From NCBI GenBank assembly GCA_965153285.1, contig OZ229115.1: 64,000 nt of DNA; one strand, given 5' to 3'. Below, in pieces: positions 62,976 to 64,000 of this stretch. The notes under the pieces were generated by a model. The model did no database searches. It was given only the letters and a program-made list of their open reading frames with translations, and was not told the DNA's origin. The first letter of the stretch is position 1, and each line of letters opens with the position of its first letter. This DNA comes from Podarcis tiliguerta (Eukaryota). The position numbers and the translations under genes were made by a program.

Positions 62976-64000
62976 ATAATTATTTTTAATAAAAATAGAA
63001 CAGGCCATTAAGTGTAAGTTCAAAAGGCTCTTTCAGTGGTACGAAGATTGAGCTGATGAGGAAATGGATATTGATATAGGTATGAGCAAGTGGCTCTGAT
63101 CTAGGAAGTTAAAAACAAACAAACCCAGAAGCAACGAGCCTGGCCAGAATTTAAGTGTCATCTGATAACGGTATCTTCATGACCTGGCTTTTTGCCTTTT
63201 CTGTACTTAATTAACAGCACACTTTGGGGCAACAACAAAACATTGTTTTTGACTGTTTCTAAAGAACTAATTAAAGCAGAGGCAATTCCCAAATGATGAC
63301 TTGCAAAGATTAGAACACACAAGGACTCAGAAAAAGCATCCTATTCAATATAAAAATGTTCAGGTAGATTTAACACTGTTTTGAGCTGAGTCCAGGTAAC
63401 TTTAATAGTTGCACATCATACATATTCCCTCTCCCTCCACTGGCAAACCTTGTACAAATAAGTTAATATTAAGAACAGTGTTGGTTGCAAATACCACACA
63501 CACTTGATCATCATGATACCATAATTAGTGCTTTAACATCCCAAGGTTACCCCAGAAGCAAAGACCAGTATTAAAGAGAGACGGGTACTTAGAACCCATA
63601 GAAAGTAGTAGAGGTTAAGCAAAACGTCTTGTCTTTGTCCAGTCTAGGATTGCACGACAAATTAAGTACAAACTTGGCATCTGGAGAATCTGCTTTTCTT
63701 TTTCAAAACTGACATTTCTAGCCTTAAAAGCACGAAGGCTTATGCCCATTTTTTTTGCCATGACTTGTAAGTTGAAAAGGATCTGGGCTGAGACGAAACA
63801 GAGTCACTCTCAGTTCCTTGTGACATGCTTGTATAATGAGAAACCCCTTCCACGAAGTGATGGGTTTCATACAAAGATAGAGCCACACATGAAAAGGGCT
63901 CCTTTTGAGAATCGTTGTGATGTAGATACAGAACCAAGAACATGGCAAATGCTGTGAAAAGCAGTTGTGAAGGAAAAACAATAGGGAAAGGGCATGTACA

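Noticed and set aside
62980-64000. 3' UTR of a convergent downstream gene
   Set aside because: There is some minus-strand UTR-like texture (tatttgtacaa), but I see no coding exon or clear minus-strand AATAAA, so it cannot be supported.

Overview
Vertebrate genomic DNA, most likely from a squamate (lizard), judged from the SINE, MITE and LINE families. The window is almost entirely one + strand gene, KIF21B (kinesin-4 family: N-terminal motor, coiled coils, C-terminal WD40 propeller). I traced exons 2-34 and two alternative terminal coding segments by hand. All junctions are GT-AG with consistent phases. The CDS in the window is 4882 nt with the 35a ending and 4837 nt with 35b. Exon 1 is not in the window; the CpG-rich first ~300 bp suggests it lies just upstream, so 1-23558 is intron 1. 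A long 3' UTR ends near overlapping AATAAA hexamers at ~62950. Introns carry hAT and Tc1/pogo MITEs with visible TIRs and TSDs, tRNA-derived SINEs, decayed L1/Tx1, L2, CR1 and RTE fragments, and a Penelope-like inverted repeat. I see no new multi-gene system. The best leads concern RNA processing: a 19-nt candidate poison microexon in intron 1, an RBFOX-motif-flanked 39-nt cassette exon with a possible second 42-nt exon beside it, duplicated last exons with a TE-donated poly(A) signal between them, and a NAGNAG acceptor. Exon numbers follow my recollection of the human gene. Repeat family names come from recall, not a database search.
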